From an uncultured bacterium (GTDB taxonomy: Bacteria > Babelota > Babeliae > Babelales > Babelaceae), in the NCBI GenBank assembly GCA_963848965.1, contig CAWKFG010000002.1:1191-65190 (forward strand): a DNA stretch of 64,000 nucleotides, given 5' to 3'. Shown here one piece after another: positions 44,082 to 54,785 of the stretch. Each line of letters begins with the position of its first letter. Position 1 is the stretch's first letter. Under the pieces are notes generated by a model. That model saw nothing but the letters and a program-made list of their open reading frames with translations, was not told the origin of the DNA and did no database searches. A program made the translations under genes and the position numbers.

Positions 44082-44987
44082 ATGAATACTATTGCCCTTT
44101 CGCGAAAGCTTCTTATTGGCATTGCTCTTAATAGCGGCTTTACTCTTTTTGAGTTTTTAATGGGCTATTTCTCTGGGAGCCTTTCCTTAATTTCTGACGC
44201 TTCTCATAATCTTGCAGATGTTCTTAGTCTTTGTATAACACTGTTTGCTTACAAAGTTGCCCAAAGAAAACCATCTGCATATAAAACATATGGCTATGGA
44301 AAAATAACTATTTTTAGTGCATTGCTCAATGGCCTCATACTTATAGTCCTTGCAGGCTCCTTGTTTTATGAAGCATATGAACGATTTTGGCAGCCCCATA
44401 CAATTGAAGGGAATCTTGTTGTGGTAGTAGGGTTGTTAGGTATCCTCGTAAATGGGAGTATCGCACTCTTATTTCTCAATGAACGCCATGATCTTGCAAT
44501 TCAGAGTGCATTTCTTAATATGCTGTTTGATACTCTCGCTTCTGCAGGAGCAGTATGTGCTGGACTTATTATTGCACTCACAGGATATATGGCTATTGAT
44601 ACTCTTATGAGCGGCCTCATTGGTACATTACTTATCATAAGCAGTTACGGGCTTCTTAAAGAGGCATTTCATCTGCTTCTGGGAGGAACACCACGTCATA
44701 TTAATACTCAAAAGATAACGTCTTTGATAAAAGAAACAACAGCAGTTGTTGCTGTCAATGATCTGCATATATGGGCACTTTCTTCAGAATATACTGCTTT
44801 AAGCTGCTCTCTTACACTTGAATGCCACAACCTTTTTACGTGTGCTCAAATAATTAAAGAGCTTAAAGCAAAAATTGGAGAACAACACAATATTCATCAT
44901 ATAACAATTGAGGTACAACCTGCTACATTACTGGTCTTGAATAAGGAGCTCAACTGCTGCTTGATTAATGAGGTCAAAAAGATTTGA
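44082..44987 (+). CDS. cation diffusion facilitator (CzcD/ZitB-like) transporter
   Basis: GSLSLISDASHNLADVLS (the TM2 HxxxD-type motif), six TM segments and a C-terminal cytoplasmic domain. Confidence 0.9.
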   Translation: MNTIALSRKLLIGIALNSGFTLFEFLMGYFSGSLSLISDASHNLADVLSLCITLFAYKVAQRKPSAYKTYGYGKITIFSALLNGLILIVLAGSLFYEAYERFWQPHTIEGNLVVVVGLLGILVNGSIALLFLNERHDLAIQSAFLNMLFDTLASAGAVCAGLIIALTGYMAIDTLMSGLIGTLLIISSYGLLKEAFHLLLGGTPRHINTQKITSLIKETTAVVAVNDLHIWALSSEYTALSCSLTLECHNLFTCAQIIKELKAKIGEQHNIHHITIEVQPATLLVLNKELNCCLINEVKKI

Positions 44988-45785
44988 TGCTGGCATCAAC
45001 ATTCCTGGTGACGCCATTACACAAGGAGCTTCAAGTGCGTCTTCTTGATCATAAAGTGCTCCTAGAGCAGCCAAAGATCTTTCAAGAGAGCTTCTTAAAC
45101 TTTGAGCCAGTTGTTGGTAGGCAGGATTACTTTTAAATGCCTTTATTTGATTGCGCAACTGCACCATTTTTGGATGTGTTTGAAGTATGGATCGTATTTT
45201 AATACTCAGTGCATTAATTTGCTGTGTATAGTTCCGTAATCGCTGAGCTATTTGAGCATTTATTTTTTGTAACTCTTGCTGCAATGGAGCAAGATTTGTA
45301 GCTGATAATGTTTTAATTTGCTCTTCAAGAGACTCGGCCTGCTGACCTTGCTCATACGTCAAAACAGGTGTTTCATAGATAATACTCACTGTTTTTTGTA
45401 ATTGCTGAATTTTCTGAAATTCCGGAGTTTTTTGATAGTCTGCAATCTGCTTATTAACCTCATCTGCACGTGTACCTAATTGTTGAATAATTGGATCAGA
45501 GTCCATAAGAGTACATTCTTGGTCAATGATTGAAGATAATTGGTTAAAAAGAGGAGCAATTCCCAACTCGCCGCTTAAAATACTAAACTGCAACTTAATA
45601 TTTTTTAAAGCATGCAAAAACTCAGATCCTCCTTCAACAGCAAGAATAGCATTACCCAACTTCTTTTTTTCTTGTTTAATTTGTACATCAAGAGCCTGTA
45701 GCTGAGCTTCTTGAGTCTGCTGTGCATACACAAAACTACCTAAGAATACGATAATTATTAGAGATTTTTTCATTATTTTACCCAT
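44928..45785 (-). CDS. hypothetical secreted coiled-coil protein
   Basis: 285 aa with a signal peptide and a Gln-rich heptad-like sequence. Its 3' end overlaps the CDF gene end by 60 nt. Confidence 0.35.
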   Translation of the reverse strand: MGKIMKKSLIIIVFLGSFVYAQQTQEAQLQALDVQIKQEKKKLGNAILAVEGGSEFLHALKNIKLQFSILSGELGIAPLFNQLSSIIDQECTLMDSDPIIQQLGTRADEVNKQIADYQKTPEFQKIQQLQKTVSIIYETPVLTYEQGQQAESLEEQIKTLSATNLAPLQQELQKINAQIAQRLRNYTQQINALSIKIRSILQTHPKMVQLRNQIKAFKSNPAYQQLAQSLRSSLERSLAALGALYDQEDALEAPCVMASPGMLMPASNLFDLINQAAVELLIQDQ

Positions 45786-45921
45786 ACTTTTTATTTAATA
45801 ATATAAAATATAATTATAGATAAAAGAAAGATTTTTAATGAGATTTACACATACAGAAAAGATTTCAAGATTTGGATTTATTTTACAAAAGTATCTTTGT
45901 ATTCTTTTGAACTATGCCCCA

Positions 45922-46374
45922 CTAAAACTTTCCACGAAGTTCTCTGCGAGTTTCTCGTGCAATATCCCGTTCTCTAAGCTCTTCCTTCTTTGCATGAGCT
46001 TTTTTATGTTTGCATAATCCAAGCTCTACTTTAACTTTTCCTTTATCATTAAAATACAGCTTTAAAGGAACAAGTGTCACTCCTTTACGAGAGATATCTC
46101 CTACAATTCTCGTAAGCTCTCGTCGATGCACTAAGAGTTTGCGAGTACGACGAGCTAGTTCTTCACTCTTAGAATAGGCATGAGAGTACGGTGGAATATA
46201 ACAGTTAATGAGATTAAGCTCATTCTGATGAATAGTAGCAAATGAACCAGGAAGTGAAACCTGGTTTGCTCGTAAAGACTTTACTTCATCGCCAGTAAGT
46301 ACAATACCAGTTTCAATGCGGTCTAAAATTTCATAATCATGAAAAGCTTTTTTATTTTGAGCAATAATTTTCAT
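45922..46374 (-). CDS. smpB: SsrA-binding protein SmpB
   Basis: The ATG at 46374 is preferred (MKIIAQNKKAFHDYEI...GIVLTGDEVKSLR...LVPLKLYF.DKGKVKVELGL.KHKK). Confidence 0.95.
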   Translation of the reverse strand: MKIIAQNKKAFHDYEILDRIETGIVLTGDEVKSLRANQVSLPGSFATIHQNELNLINCYIPPYSHAYSKSEELARRTRKLLVHRRELTRIVGDISRKGVTLVPLKLYFNDKGKVKVELGLCKHKKAHAKKEELRERDIARETRRELRGKF

Positions 46375-46583
46375 ACAACCTTTAAACAAAAAACTCTGAG
46401 CACTTTCTAAAAGCAGTAGCTAGATTATAACAAAACAATATTACAGATAAAAGCCGTTTTTTTATTAGTATAACAGAGATTCAGTAGGAAATAAACTAAC
46501 GCCCATTTCTATTTATTGACAAATAAGAACTTATTAATATATAATTTGTATAAAAACAAGTTTATTTTAAAATGAGAAACGTT

Positions 46584-47246
46584 ATGAATAAGAGATACAT
46601 TCTTGCTGTTCTTATGACAGCTTCATCACTTAAAGCAATGGAACGGGAAGAGGGGCTACCTTATCTTCAAGTACTATCAAAACTCAAAACAGATCAACCA
46701 TCCTATCTTGGCCGTGTACCTAAAGAGCTCCATGAAGAGCTTTTAAATTTTACGATTCCTCATCTTGTCGAACAATATGCAAAAAGCTATTCAAATCTTT
46801 ATGACGTTTACGATCAATGGTCTATAATACCTGCCATACTAAATAAAGTAAAAACAGATCTAAAAAAAGAAGGTCATACAGAAGAGATTATGAAAGATCC
46901 TGCATTTATTCCTGTTCTTATTGGAAGTATAGCACGCTCTTTATATCGTGCTCCTTTCCAAGTCGCTGTAGCACTAGAAGATGAAGCTGCTCAAAAGTGG
47001 CTTAAAAATGCCCTTGCAAATCCGCAAATAAAACGACAAGCTATTGATTTGTTCTTTCAAATCGTAGCAAATCAAGATATGGATATAAAGCAAAGAGCAA
47101 ACATAATAACTAAGCTCCTTAATGCAGGCATTGATGTCAATACTAAAAGCAAGCAGGGTAATACACCGTATACAGTAGCATTAACAAAGCAAGATGCAGC
47201 TATGACACGCTTTTTAAAATCAAAAGGCGGTAAATTGCAAGATTAA
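46584..47246 (+). CDS. secreted protein with an LPxEL-like motif and a C-terminal ankyrin repeat
   Basis: Signal peptide (MNKRYILAVLMTASSLKA), YLGRVPKELHEELLNF, and a C-terminal LLNAGIDVNTKSKQGNTPYTVAL. Confidence 0.55.
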   Translation: MNKRYILAVLMTASSLKAMEREEGLPYLQVLSKLKTDQPSYLGRVPKELHEELLNFTIPHLVEQYAKSYSNLYDVYDQWSIIPAILNKVKTDLKKEGHTEEIMKDPAFIPVLIGSIARSLYRAPFQVAVALEDEAAQKWLKNALANPQIKRQAIDLFFQIVANQDMDIKQRANIITKLLNAGIDVNTKSKQGNTPYTVALTKQDAAMTRFLKSKGGKLQD

Positions 47247-47758
47247 TGCTTGTCCTTTGATTCAGCCTTTCTTTTATTCAGCTCAGCAATAAGCCGTGTG
47301 AATATCCGTTTCATTATCGGGTATAATGCTGCACTTATAAGAAATGCTAAAAGAAGTCCGCCAAGCAATAAGCACCAAAAGCAAAATTCGCCCCCTCCTA
47401 AATACTTTTTCATATCTACATAGCGCGAAAGAAATGCATTAAATTTCTCGATCCATGAAGGATTGTACGGCGCTAAATTCATCCCTAATAACTTATGAAA
47501 AAAGAAGACACCAAATGCATAATCTATTGCATATAAAGGGACCATAGTTAGCGGATTATTAATAATATAGACAGTAGTAAACGTAACTGCAGAGTTACAG
47601 CGCAACAGCCAGCTCAAAATAAAAATTAACGGTGTTTGCAAAGGAATCGTAGGTGACCATGCAATAAAGTTACCAAGGCAAAACGAAAGCGCAAGCTTAT
47701 GAGGTGACCGTTCAGCAAGTACTAATTTGTCTAATACCCTTTTTATATATGCTTTCAT
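47243..47758 (-). CDS. DUF2062-family membrane protein
   Basis: SPHKLALSFCLGNFIAWSP...RCNSAVTF...INNPLTMVPLY matches the DUF2062 pattern. It has 3-4 TM segments. Confidence 0.55.
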   Translation of the reverse strand: MKAYIKRVLDKLVLAERSPHKLALSFCLGNFIAWSPTIPLQTPLIFILSWLLRCNSAVTFTTVYIINNPLTMVPLYAIDYAFGVFFFHKLLGMNLAPYNPSWIEKFNAFLSRYVDMKKYLGGGEFCFWCLLLGGLLLAFLISAALYPIMKRIFTRLIAELNKRKAESKDKH

Positions 47759-47855
47759 AAAACCACCTTTTGAAAAATATCTTTTTTTACAGTACTCTAA
47801 GAGTGTAGTATAGGCAGATTTCAGTTCCTCTTTAAAGGATTTATTAGGAGATACA

Positions 47856-48596
47856 ATGAAACAGTTTACGCTTTTACCTTATACTATAGCGATAGTAGGG
47901 CTTTTTTCAACACCTTATCTAGGAGCTACTCTTTCAAATACTCCTACCTTTGATTTTGGTATCTTTGAAGCAAAATCTGAATCACAAGAACCTGAAAAAA
48001 AACAGGAATATAGTTCCTATATTTTAAGAGTACAGTTTCCTGTAAGCTTAAAGAAAACCCCTCCGGTCTGTGCTTATTATAAAGGCTATAATTTAGAATT
48101 TAATACAGACTTTTGCATTATCCAAGAGACTCGTTCATGTGACAGATTCACTATTGCTATTACCGAACAGGTACATCGTGAATTTGATAGCACACAAGTA
48201 CAGTATCTCGAACGCTTACGGAACAAAAAATGCCGTCTTTTTTATCTGACACGAAGCTCTGATCAAACAGCACCATGGACTATAGAGGAAGAAGAAGAAA
48301 AAAATATTCCTCTTAAACTTCCACGTAATGCTGTTGTCCTCTTTTTAGATCCTTCCCATGTTGAGGGTCTCCAGTGCGACAAAGAAAACTTTAAAGCTAC
48401 TGGCATCATTACCGATCCTGTTGTATCGTTGCCCTATGTTACCATTAAAGCTTCAATATCTGCTCAAGAACTTGAAAAAACATCAGTAAGTACCTTACTT
48501 GCTTCTTTAGATTCACGCGGAATTCATCCCCATGTTCCTAAAGAGGTAAAAATTGACAGTACTGCTATCGTTTCTATGCGGACTTTTGTGCGATAA
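47856..48596 (+). CDS. hypothetical secreted protein
   Basis: 246-aa ORF with a signal-like N-terminus and no recognisable motif. Confidence 0.35.
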   Translation: MKQFTLLPYTIAIVGLFSTPYLGATLSNTPTFDFGIFEAKSESQEPEKKQEYSSYILRVQFPVSLKKTPPVCAYYKGYNLEFNTDFCIIQETRSCDRFTIAITEQVHREFDSTQVQYLERLRNKKCRLFYLTRSSDQTAPWTIEEEEEKNIPLKLPRNAVVLFLDPSHVEGLQCDKENFKATGIITDPVVSLPYVTIKASISAQELEKTSVSTLLASLDSRGIHPHVPKEVKIDSTAIVSMRTFVR

Positions 48597-48602
48597 CTAC
48601 GT

Positions 48603-49622
48603 ATGCAGATAACCGTTTTAGCAATAGAAACTTCATGTGATGAAACAGCAGCTTCTGTCTACCAAACAGAAAAAGGAGTCCTTTCTAATGTGCTATTCTC
48701 TCAAATTGAGCTACACAAAAAGTATGGCGGGGTTGTCCCTGAAATTGCTTCTCGATCACATTTAGAAAAGATAGCACCCATTGTACAAAAAGCACTTAAA
48801 GATGCTCAGCTCTCTTTAGATTCTATTGATGTTATAGGAATAACTTATACTCCTGGACTTCCTGGTTCACTCCTTGTAGGACTCAGCTTTGCAAAAACAA
48901 TAGCCTGGGCTGCTCACAAAAAGCTTATAGGGGTTAATCATCTAGAAGGTCATGCATTTTCTGCCTCTATTGAGCATACAATACCATTTCCCTATCTTTG
49001 TTTAACCGCATCAGGAGGCCATACTGCACTGTATCTTATTGAAAACTTTGGTATCTACACTCTTCTCGGTCAGACGATGGATGATGCTGCTGGAGAAGCC
49101 TTTGATAAAGTATCTAAGCTTATTGGTCTTGGGTACCCTGGTGGCCCCATTATTGAAAAGCTTGCAGAAAAAGTTTATTTTAAAGACTTTTTCCACTATC
49201 CTCGTGCAACTCCCTCTTCTCTTGACTTTAGTTTTTCGGGAGTAAAGACAGCAGTACTCTATGACCTAGTAAAACGAGGAGCCTATGACTTACAAACAAA
49301 ACAGTTTTTAAGACCGGATGACCAACGTTTACAAGAGGAGGTTGCAAGCTCGTTACTCGTCTGTATAACTGATATTTTCAAGCAAAAGATCGCTCTTGCA
49401 CTTAAAAAACATCCAGAAGTTCAAGCAGTTGCCTTTGTAGGAGGCGTAGCATGCAACAAATATATGCGTCATCAATTAACACAGTTTTGCTTAGAACATG
49501 GCAAACAGCTGTATTACCCTTCACCGCAGTACTGTACCGATAATGCAGCAATGATTGCTTTTGTTGCTCACTATAAAGCACAAAAGCAGGAATGGTCAGA
49601 CTTTACGCTTGATATTCGCTAA
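48603..49622 (+). CDS. tsaD: tRNA N6-adenosine threonylcarbamoyltransferase TsaD
   Basis: [20 protein letters not shown] and GGVACN are Kae1/TsaD family motifs. Confidence 0.95.
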   Translation: MQITVLAIETSCDETAASVYQTEKGVLSNVLFSQIELHKKYGGVVPEIASRSHLEKIAPIVQKALKDAQLSLDSIDVIGITYTPGLPGSLLVGLSFAKTIAWAAHKKLIGVNHLEGHAFSASIEHTIPFPYLCLTASGGHTALYLIENFGIYTLLGQTMDDAAGEAFDKVSKLIGLGYPGGPIIEKLAEKVYFKDFFHYPRATPSSLDFSFSGVKTAVLYDLVKRGAYDLQTKQFLRPDDQRLQEEVASSLLVCITDIFKQKIALALKKHPEVQAVAFVGGVACNKYMRHQLTQFCLEHGKQLYYPSPQYCTDNAAMIAFVAHYKAQKQEWSDFTLDIR

Positions 49623-50902
49623 ACAGCAGGACCAGAACTACCATTCTTTTTATTCATAGCTTCGATAAATTCTTCGTTGGTCTTAAATTTCCTAATTTTA
49701 TCAATAAGAAACTCCATACCCTCTATCGTATTCATAGTTGCTAAGAATTTGCGCAGTACCCATACTTTATTGAGCTCTGCTTCACTTAAAAGAAGCTCTT
49801 CACGACGAGTACCTGAAACAAGTAAATCAAATGCAGGGAACGTACGACGATTTGCAAGCTTACGGCTCATATGCATTTCCATGTTACCAGTACCCTTAAA
49901 CTCTTCGTATATTACTTCGTCCATACGAGAGCCTGTTTCAATAAGAGCAGTTCCTATAATAGTAAGAGAACCAGCTTCTTCGGTATTACGTGCTGCACCA
50001 AAAAATCTCTTTGGGCGCTGTAATGCATTAGCATCAATACCACCGGTTAATATCTTACCAGAAGAAGGAGCAGTTGTGTTGTAAGCACGTGCAAGACGAG
50101 TAATAGCATCTAAAAGAATAACAACGTCATGACCTACTTCTACTAATCGTTTCGCTTTTTCAAGTACAATCTCTGCAACTTGAACATGTCGGTCTGCAGA
50201 TTCATCAAATGTAGAGCTAATAACTTCAGCATTCTTGCTTCGTACTGTACGTCTCATATCAGTTACTTCTTCTGGACGTTCGTCGATAAGAAGAATGATA
50301 AGAAATACTTCAGGATGGTTGTGTACTATAGTTTGAGCAATTTCCTTTAGAAGAATCGTTTTTCCTACTTTTGGAGGAGCAACGATAAGACCTCTCTGCC
50401 CTTTTCCTATAGGAGTAAACAGATCCATAATACGAGTAGATATGAATGATGGATCATACTCTAAGTTAAACTTCTTATCTGGATGCAATGCTGACAGACG
50501 ATCAAAATGAGTACGGTCTGCAAGTGTTGCTGGATCTTGAAAGTTAACTTTATTGATCTTTAAAAGAGCAAAATATTTCTCTCCATCTTTTGGTTTGCGA
50601 ATAACACCTGAAACAGTATCTCCTGTACGCAAATTAAAGCGCCTTATTTGAGAGGGAGATACGTAAATATCGTCAGGTCCAGAAACATAATCAAATTTTG
50701 GAGATCGCAAAAATCCAAAACCATCAGGAAGCTTTTCAAGTACCCCTTCAACTTCTAATTCACGCTCTGGATGTTGTTCTACATCAACAATGCTTTTAAT
50801 AAGTTGATCTTTTGTCATTAATGTAGAACCTACAATGCCTAACCGACGAGCATGCATCTGAAGGTCAGTTAAACCTAGTTCCTGTAATTCTTGCTCTCTC
50901 AT
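49619..50902 (-). CDS. rho: transcription termination factor Rho
   Basis: 427 aa with an N-terminal Rho_N domain, a cold-shock-like RNA-binding domain (GFGFLR), Walker A (APPKVGKT) and RecA-like core motifs. Confidence 0.95.
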   Translation of the reverse strand: MREQELQELGLTDLQMHARRLGIVGSTLMTKDQLIKSIVDVEQHPERELEVEGVLEKLPDGFGFLRSPKFDYVSGPDDIYVSPSQIRRFNLRTGDTVSGVIRKPKDGEKYFALLKINKVNFQDPATLADRTHFDRLSALHPDKKFNLEYDPSFISTRIMDLFTPIGKGQRGLIVAPPKVGKTILLKEIAQTIVHNHPEVFLIILLIDERPEEVTDMRRTVRSKNAEVISSTFDESADRHVQVAEIVLEKAKRLVEVGHDVVILLDAITRLARAYNTTAPSSGKILTGGIDANALQRPKRFFGAARNTEEAGSLTIIGTALIETGSRMDEVIYEEFKGTGNMEMHMSRKLANRRTFPAFDLLVSGTRREELLLSEAELNKVWVLRKFLATMNTIEGMEFLIDKIRKFKTNEEFIEAMNKKNGSSGPAV

Positions 50903-51011
50903 GCATACATCTCCTTAAAAATAATATATAAAATTGGCATAAAACACCCCATTATGGTGCTTTTACTATAAAAGCAAAGAAAAAATGTGTAAAAATTTTT
51001 AAACGGTTAAT

Positions 51012-51971
51012 TTACTTATGAGCTACTCGTGTTCTGTTATCCTTATATAACATGTATAATACTGGAGTTGCAATAAAAATAGTTGAATAGATACCAAAAA
51101 CAATACCAACTAAAAGAGCCAGCGATAAATCACGAAGAGTCTCTCCACCAAAAATAAGCAATGCTACCACAACGAGCGTTGTCGCAAATGTTGTTAAAAT
51201 AGTACGGCTCAGCGTTTCAGTGATACTGATGTTGATAATATCATAAAATGACGTAGTTGGCATCTGCTTTACATTTTCACGAATACGAGAAAAAATCACC
51301 ATAGTATCGTTGATAGAATACCCTAGTACTGCTAATATTGCTCCAATAACGTTAATAGAAACTTCTTTATCAAACAAAAGAAAGGCAAGAAGAACAATAA
51401 GAGCATCGTGAAATAAGGAGATAACTGCTCCCATAGCATATGAATACGACCAAAACCTAAATGCGATATAAGCAAGCATTAAAAGAAGACTCACTATCAC
51501 TGCATATAAAGAATTTGTTCGTAGTGTTGATCCACTTGCTACACCTACACTATCAGTTTGTTTAATAGTAACAGTATACTCTTCATCAAGTCCCTTTTGC
51601 AAAGCAGCTCGAATACTCTCAGCTTCTTGGGAAACATCTTTTGCCTCTTTTTTTACACGAACTAAATGTTCTTGTGGTGAAAACTCTCTGGTTACTGATC
51701 CTGGCCACCCTGCATTATCAAGAATGTGCACAAGCTTTTCACCACCGACTGGCTTATTAAATTGCATAAGTGTTTGGATACCACCAGTAAAATCCACACT
51801 ATAGTTAAACGTATGACCATCGTGCGTTGTATACCGTTTATAAAAGTATCCTCCTATAAAAGAGGCAATTAAAACAAGTGACAATGCTGCTGATACATAA
51901 CGGTATTTTAAAAAATCTATTGCATGCGTTCTAGCATATCCATGCTGACGAACTCTGAGCAAGCTGATCAT
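51012..51971 (-). CDS. secF: protein translocase subunit SecF
   Basis: 319 aa. IDFLKYRY..., six TM segments and GYSINDTMVIFSRIREN fit SecF. No secD gene is adjacent. Confidence 0.85.
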   Translation of the reverse strand: MISLLRVRQHGYARTHAIDFLKYRYVSAALSLVLIASFIGGYFYKRYTTHDGHTFNYSVDFTGGIQTLMQFNKPVGGEKLVHILDNAGWPGSVTREFSPQEHLVRVKKEAKDVSQEAESIRAALQKGLDEEYTVTIKQTDSVGVASGSTLRTNSLYAVIVSLLLMLAYIAFRFWSYSYAMGAVISLFHDALIVLLAFLLFDKEVSINVIGAILAVLGYSINDTMVIFSRIRENVKQMPTTSFYDIINISITETLSRTILTTFATTLVVVALLIFGGETLRDLSLALLVGIVFGIYSTIFIATPVLYMLYKDNRTRVAHK

Positions 51972-52031
51972 AATAATCTCTCTGCTTTATATATTAAAGG
52001 ATAATGTAGGTAATGAATAAGAAGGGAAGAT

Positions 52032-52067
52032 AAGGAAAATAAGGAGCACTGTTTAGCACAGTGTTCC
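52032..52067 (-). terminator. rho-independent terminator after rpmA
   Basis: On the minus strand, GGAACACTGT-GCTAA-ACAGTGCTCC (one G:U pair) followed by TTATTTTCCTTA, 4 nt after the stop. Confidence 0.6.
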
Positions 52068-52070
52068 TTA

Positions 52071-52325
52071 TTACCGTGCAAGTATCGAAACGTACTTACG
52101 TCCTTTTGGGCCATAATGAAATTTGATAACACCTGCAGTTACAGCAAAGATAGTATAATCTTTACCGCACTTTACTCCGTTACCAGGATGAATACGAGTA
52201 CCACGCTGACGAACAATAATATCGCCTCCATGTACTTGCTCTCCATCATATAATTTCACGCCCAGTCGCTTACTTCTACTATCGCGACCATTCGAGGTCG
52301 ACCCACCCGATTTACTCGTTGCCAT
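52071..52325 (-). CDS. rpmA: 50S ribosomal protein L27
   Basis: [37 protein letters not shown] is the canonical L27 sequence. Confidence 0.95.
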   Translation of the reverse strand: MATSKSGGSTSNGRDSRSKRLGVKLYDGEQVHGGDIIVRQRGTRIHPGNGVKCGKDYTIFAVTAGVIKFHYGPKGRKYVSILAR

Positions 52326-52368
52326 GTTTATCCCCTGTCAATTAATAAAATGTGATCTAAATCAAGAA

Positions 52369-53166
52369 CTAGCCTTTATTATTAGTATGCCCTGAATTTT
52401 CATGAATGTCAAAAATTTCGTATTTCTTTTTCCAAGCTTCTAAAGAGACAGGAAAATGGGGCAAAGCAAGTTCTAGAAGCCCTTTAGCATATTGCCGGAT
52501 CTCAAACTGGGCATTAGGATTAAGCCGAAGCTTTAAAAAATGCATAAGAGAATGCAAATTGCAAGTATAAATAAATTCAGAGTAGGTGCAGAGTGGTAAT
52601 ACTCCTCGAGCCTGTTCTCTACAGATACCTTTTTCTAAAAGCTTCTCATTTACTCTAAAAGCAGCCTCTATAGCCTCTTTATAAAGCTCTTCAAGCTCTT
52701 TATCCTTAAATGCTCCTTGAGAGCTCTGTTTATTTTTAGCATCTGGGTTACGCCAATAGGCAGGAATATAGAATTCCATAGGAGCTTTAACGTACCGGTA
52801 GCTAATTTCGTTATACGAGCTCATACGGTGGCGCATCCATTGCCGAACAATGTAAATAGGTGCTTTTACACGAAAAGAAAGCTGATTATGTTCAAAAGGG
52901 CTTGTATGCTCATGCTCCATAAGATAGCCAATAAGGTTCTTATCCCGTTCAGAAAGCTCCTTACTAAATTTGCCATAAGAGACACGAGCAGCATTTACGA
53001 TATCAACATCTGAGCCAGAAACCCGTACAAGCTCCAATGAGCTTCGGCCATCACCTAAAGGATCAAGTTTTACTGAGACTGCAATTTCCTGATATTCAGG
53101 CTGCTTATTAAGCTCACTCTCCATAATTAAGGTAAAATTCGAAGTTTCTAACGTTTCTTGAGCCAT
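52369..53166 (-). CDS. thyX: FAD-dependent thymidylate synthase ThyX
   Basis: The ThyX signature RHRMSSYNEISYRY (RHRxxSxxxxSxR). Confidence 0.9.
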   Translation of the reverse strand: MAQETLETSNFTLIMESELNKQPEYQEIAVSVKLDPLGDGRSSLELVRVSGSDVDIVNAARVSYGKFSKELSERDKNLIGYLMEHEHTSPFEHNQLSFRVKAPIYIVRQWMRHRMSSYNEISYRYVKAPMEFYIPAYWRNPDAKNKQSSQGAFKDKELEELYKEAIEAAFRVNEKLLEKGICREQARGVLPLCTYSEFIYTCNLHSLMHFLKLRLNPNAQFEIRQYAKGLLELALPHFPVSLEAWKKKYEIFDIHENSGHTNNKG

Positions 53167-53296
53167 AATGTCTCCTGCCTAAGATTGTGATAATTTTATG
53201 CCTTAGTGTACCCAAAAATTGAAAAAATCAAAACATTGTTTTTAGCCCAAAAACTGTTATTCTAATATCGTTTATACATACCTCTAGGAGAGCTTT

Positions 53297-54751
53297 ATGC
53301 ACTACGTATTGCTGGTATTTACCCCTCTATTTTTGTTCACAATATATTCACAGCCTCTTCAAGCAAGAGCTAAACCTCCTAAAAAGCATGATCCTCTTCT
53401 TGCTATTGTACTTATGGCAAAAAATGAAGAATCAGTTATGGTACGAACTTTAAAGCCTTTTGTAGAAGCGCAAAAAGTAAATCCTGATGGAACTGTAACA
53501 AAACTCATTGATTCGTATCTTATTCTTGATACTCAATCTGGAGATAAAACAGCTCAAGTTACCAAAAATTACTTTAAAGAGCAGAAAGTCAAACGTGGCT
53601 ATGTAGTCACGGAACCTTTTAAAGCAGTTTCAGATGCTCCTACCATTGACTATGCAGCAACACGTAACCGATCACTGGAGCTTGCAGAACAAAAGTTTCC
53701 TCATGCAGCTTTCTTCCTTATAGTCGATGCAGAATGGTATTTCCATGGAGTTGAAGAGCTCATTGCATTTTGCCAAAAGCATGCAAATCTCTCTCTTGAT
53801 GATCCTGCATATGCATCTTCATATCTTATTACTGTGCGTCATACCGGGGGTGGCCATTATTATCCATCTCCTCGACTTTTTAGAGCATCCTGCAAATTAC
53901 GTTATAAAGATGATATTCACGAACAGCCAGTTGAGCCAACAAATAAAAAACTGCCAAAAACCATCTATTTTGAGCAAAGTCCTGAAAGGTATGGAGACAA
54001 GAAATCTCAAGAACGATGGGAACGTACAGATAAAGAACGTTTACTCAAAAGGTATAAAGATAATCCACAAGATAAACGGTCACTCTTCCTTCTTGCTCGA
54101 ACTCATTTTGGCCTAGCTTGCACTACGTATAAGCTTGAAGACTTAGAACTCGCTTATAAATACTATAAAGAGCGACTCAAGCTTGTTATAGAAGATATCT
54201 CTGAGCATGATAAAAAGCGCACTGAAGCTGAACTGTTTGAGCTGTATGGCATTACGCAAAAAAAGACGTTTCCTAAGTATAAAAACTGTACTGAAGAAGA
54301 TTTTATGGCTATGTACGAACTTGCACAAACAACGGAACGACGAGCAAAACGTCAACGTTCATTTAGCTGGATTGAAGCACTAAGCTATTACTTGCAAGCA
54401 TATGCTATGCGGCCTCACAGAATAGAGCCTCTTATACGTATTGCACAGTATTATCTTCAGGTAGGTATGAGCAACCAGGCTTTGCTCTGTGCCCGTAAAG
54501 CATTTGACGTACCCTTTCCAGACAATGAACTCCTATGGGTAGAAGAAGATATGTATACGTTCCATCGCTATGACATGTTAAGTCAATGTGCATGGTTTGA
54601 AAAAGACTATGAATTAGGAGAAAAAGCAGTACTTAAAGCACTTGAGATTAATTCTGATAACAAACATTTTCAAAGCCATTTAGAATTATATAAAGAACGC
54701 AAAGCTGAACAAAAAGAGCAGTCTCAAAAGAAAGCAGCCATTACATCCTAA
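53297..54751 (+). CDS. signal-anchored GT-A-like glycosyltransferase with a C-terminal helical-repeat (TPR-like) region
   Basis: The hydrophobic N-terminus is followed by LAIVLMAKNEE (a GT2-like start) and IVDAEW (DxD-like). The C-terminal half is rich in TPR-like A..YY...L patterns. Confidence 0.45.
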   Translation: MHYVLLVFTPLFLFTIYSQPLQARAKPPKKHDPLLAIVLMAKNEESVMVRTLKPFVEAQKVNPDGTVTKLIDSYLILDTQSGDKTAQVTKNYFKEQKVKRGYVVTEPFKAVSDAPTIDYAATRNRSLELAEQKFPHAAFFLIVDAEWYFHGVEELIAFCQKHANLSLDDPAYASSYLITVRHTGGGHYYPSPRLFRASCKLRYKDDIHEQPVEPTNKKLPKTIYFEQSPERYGDKKSQERWERTDKERLLKRYKDNPQDKRSLFLLARTHFGLACTTYKLEDLELAYKYYKERLKLVIEDISEHDKKRTEAELFELYGITQKKTFPKYKNCTEEDFMAMYELAQTTERRAKRQRSFSWIEALSYYLQAYAMRPHRIEPLIRIAQYYLQVGMSNQALLCARKAFDVPFPDNELLWVEEDMYTFHRYDMLSQCAWFEKDYELGEKAVLKALEINSDNKHFQSHLELYKERKAEQKEQSQKKAAITS

Positions 54752-54785
54752 AAAGCCGAATTTCCGCGCTTACTTGAGGTAAACA

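Noticed and set aside
51012-52325. secF without an adjacent secD as a sign of gene loss.
   Set aside because: secD can be encoded elsewhere, and separate secD and secF loci occur in several lineages. This cannot be judged from a single window.
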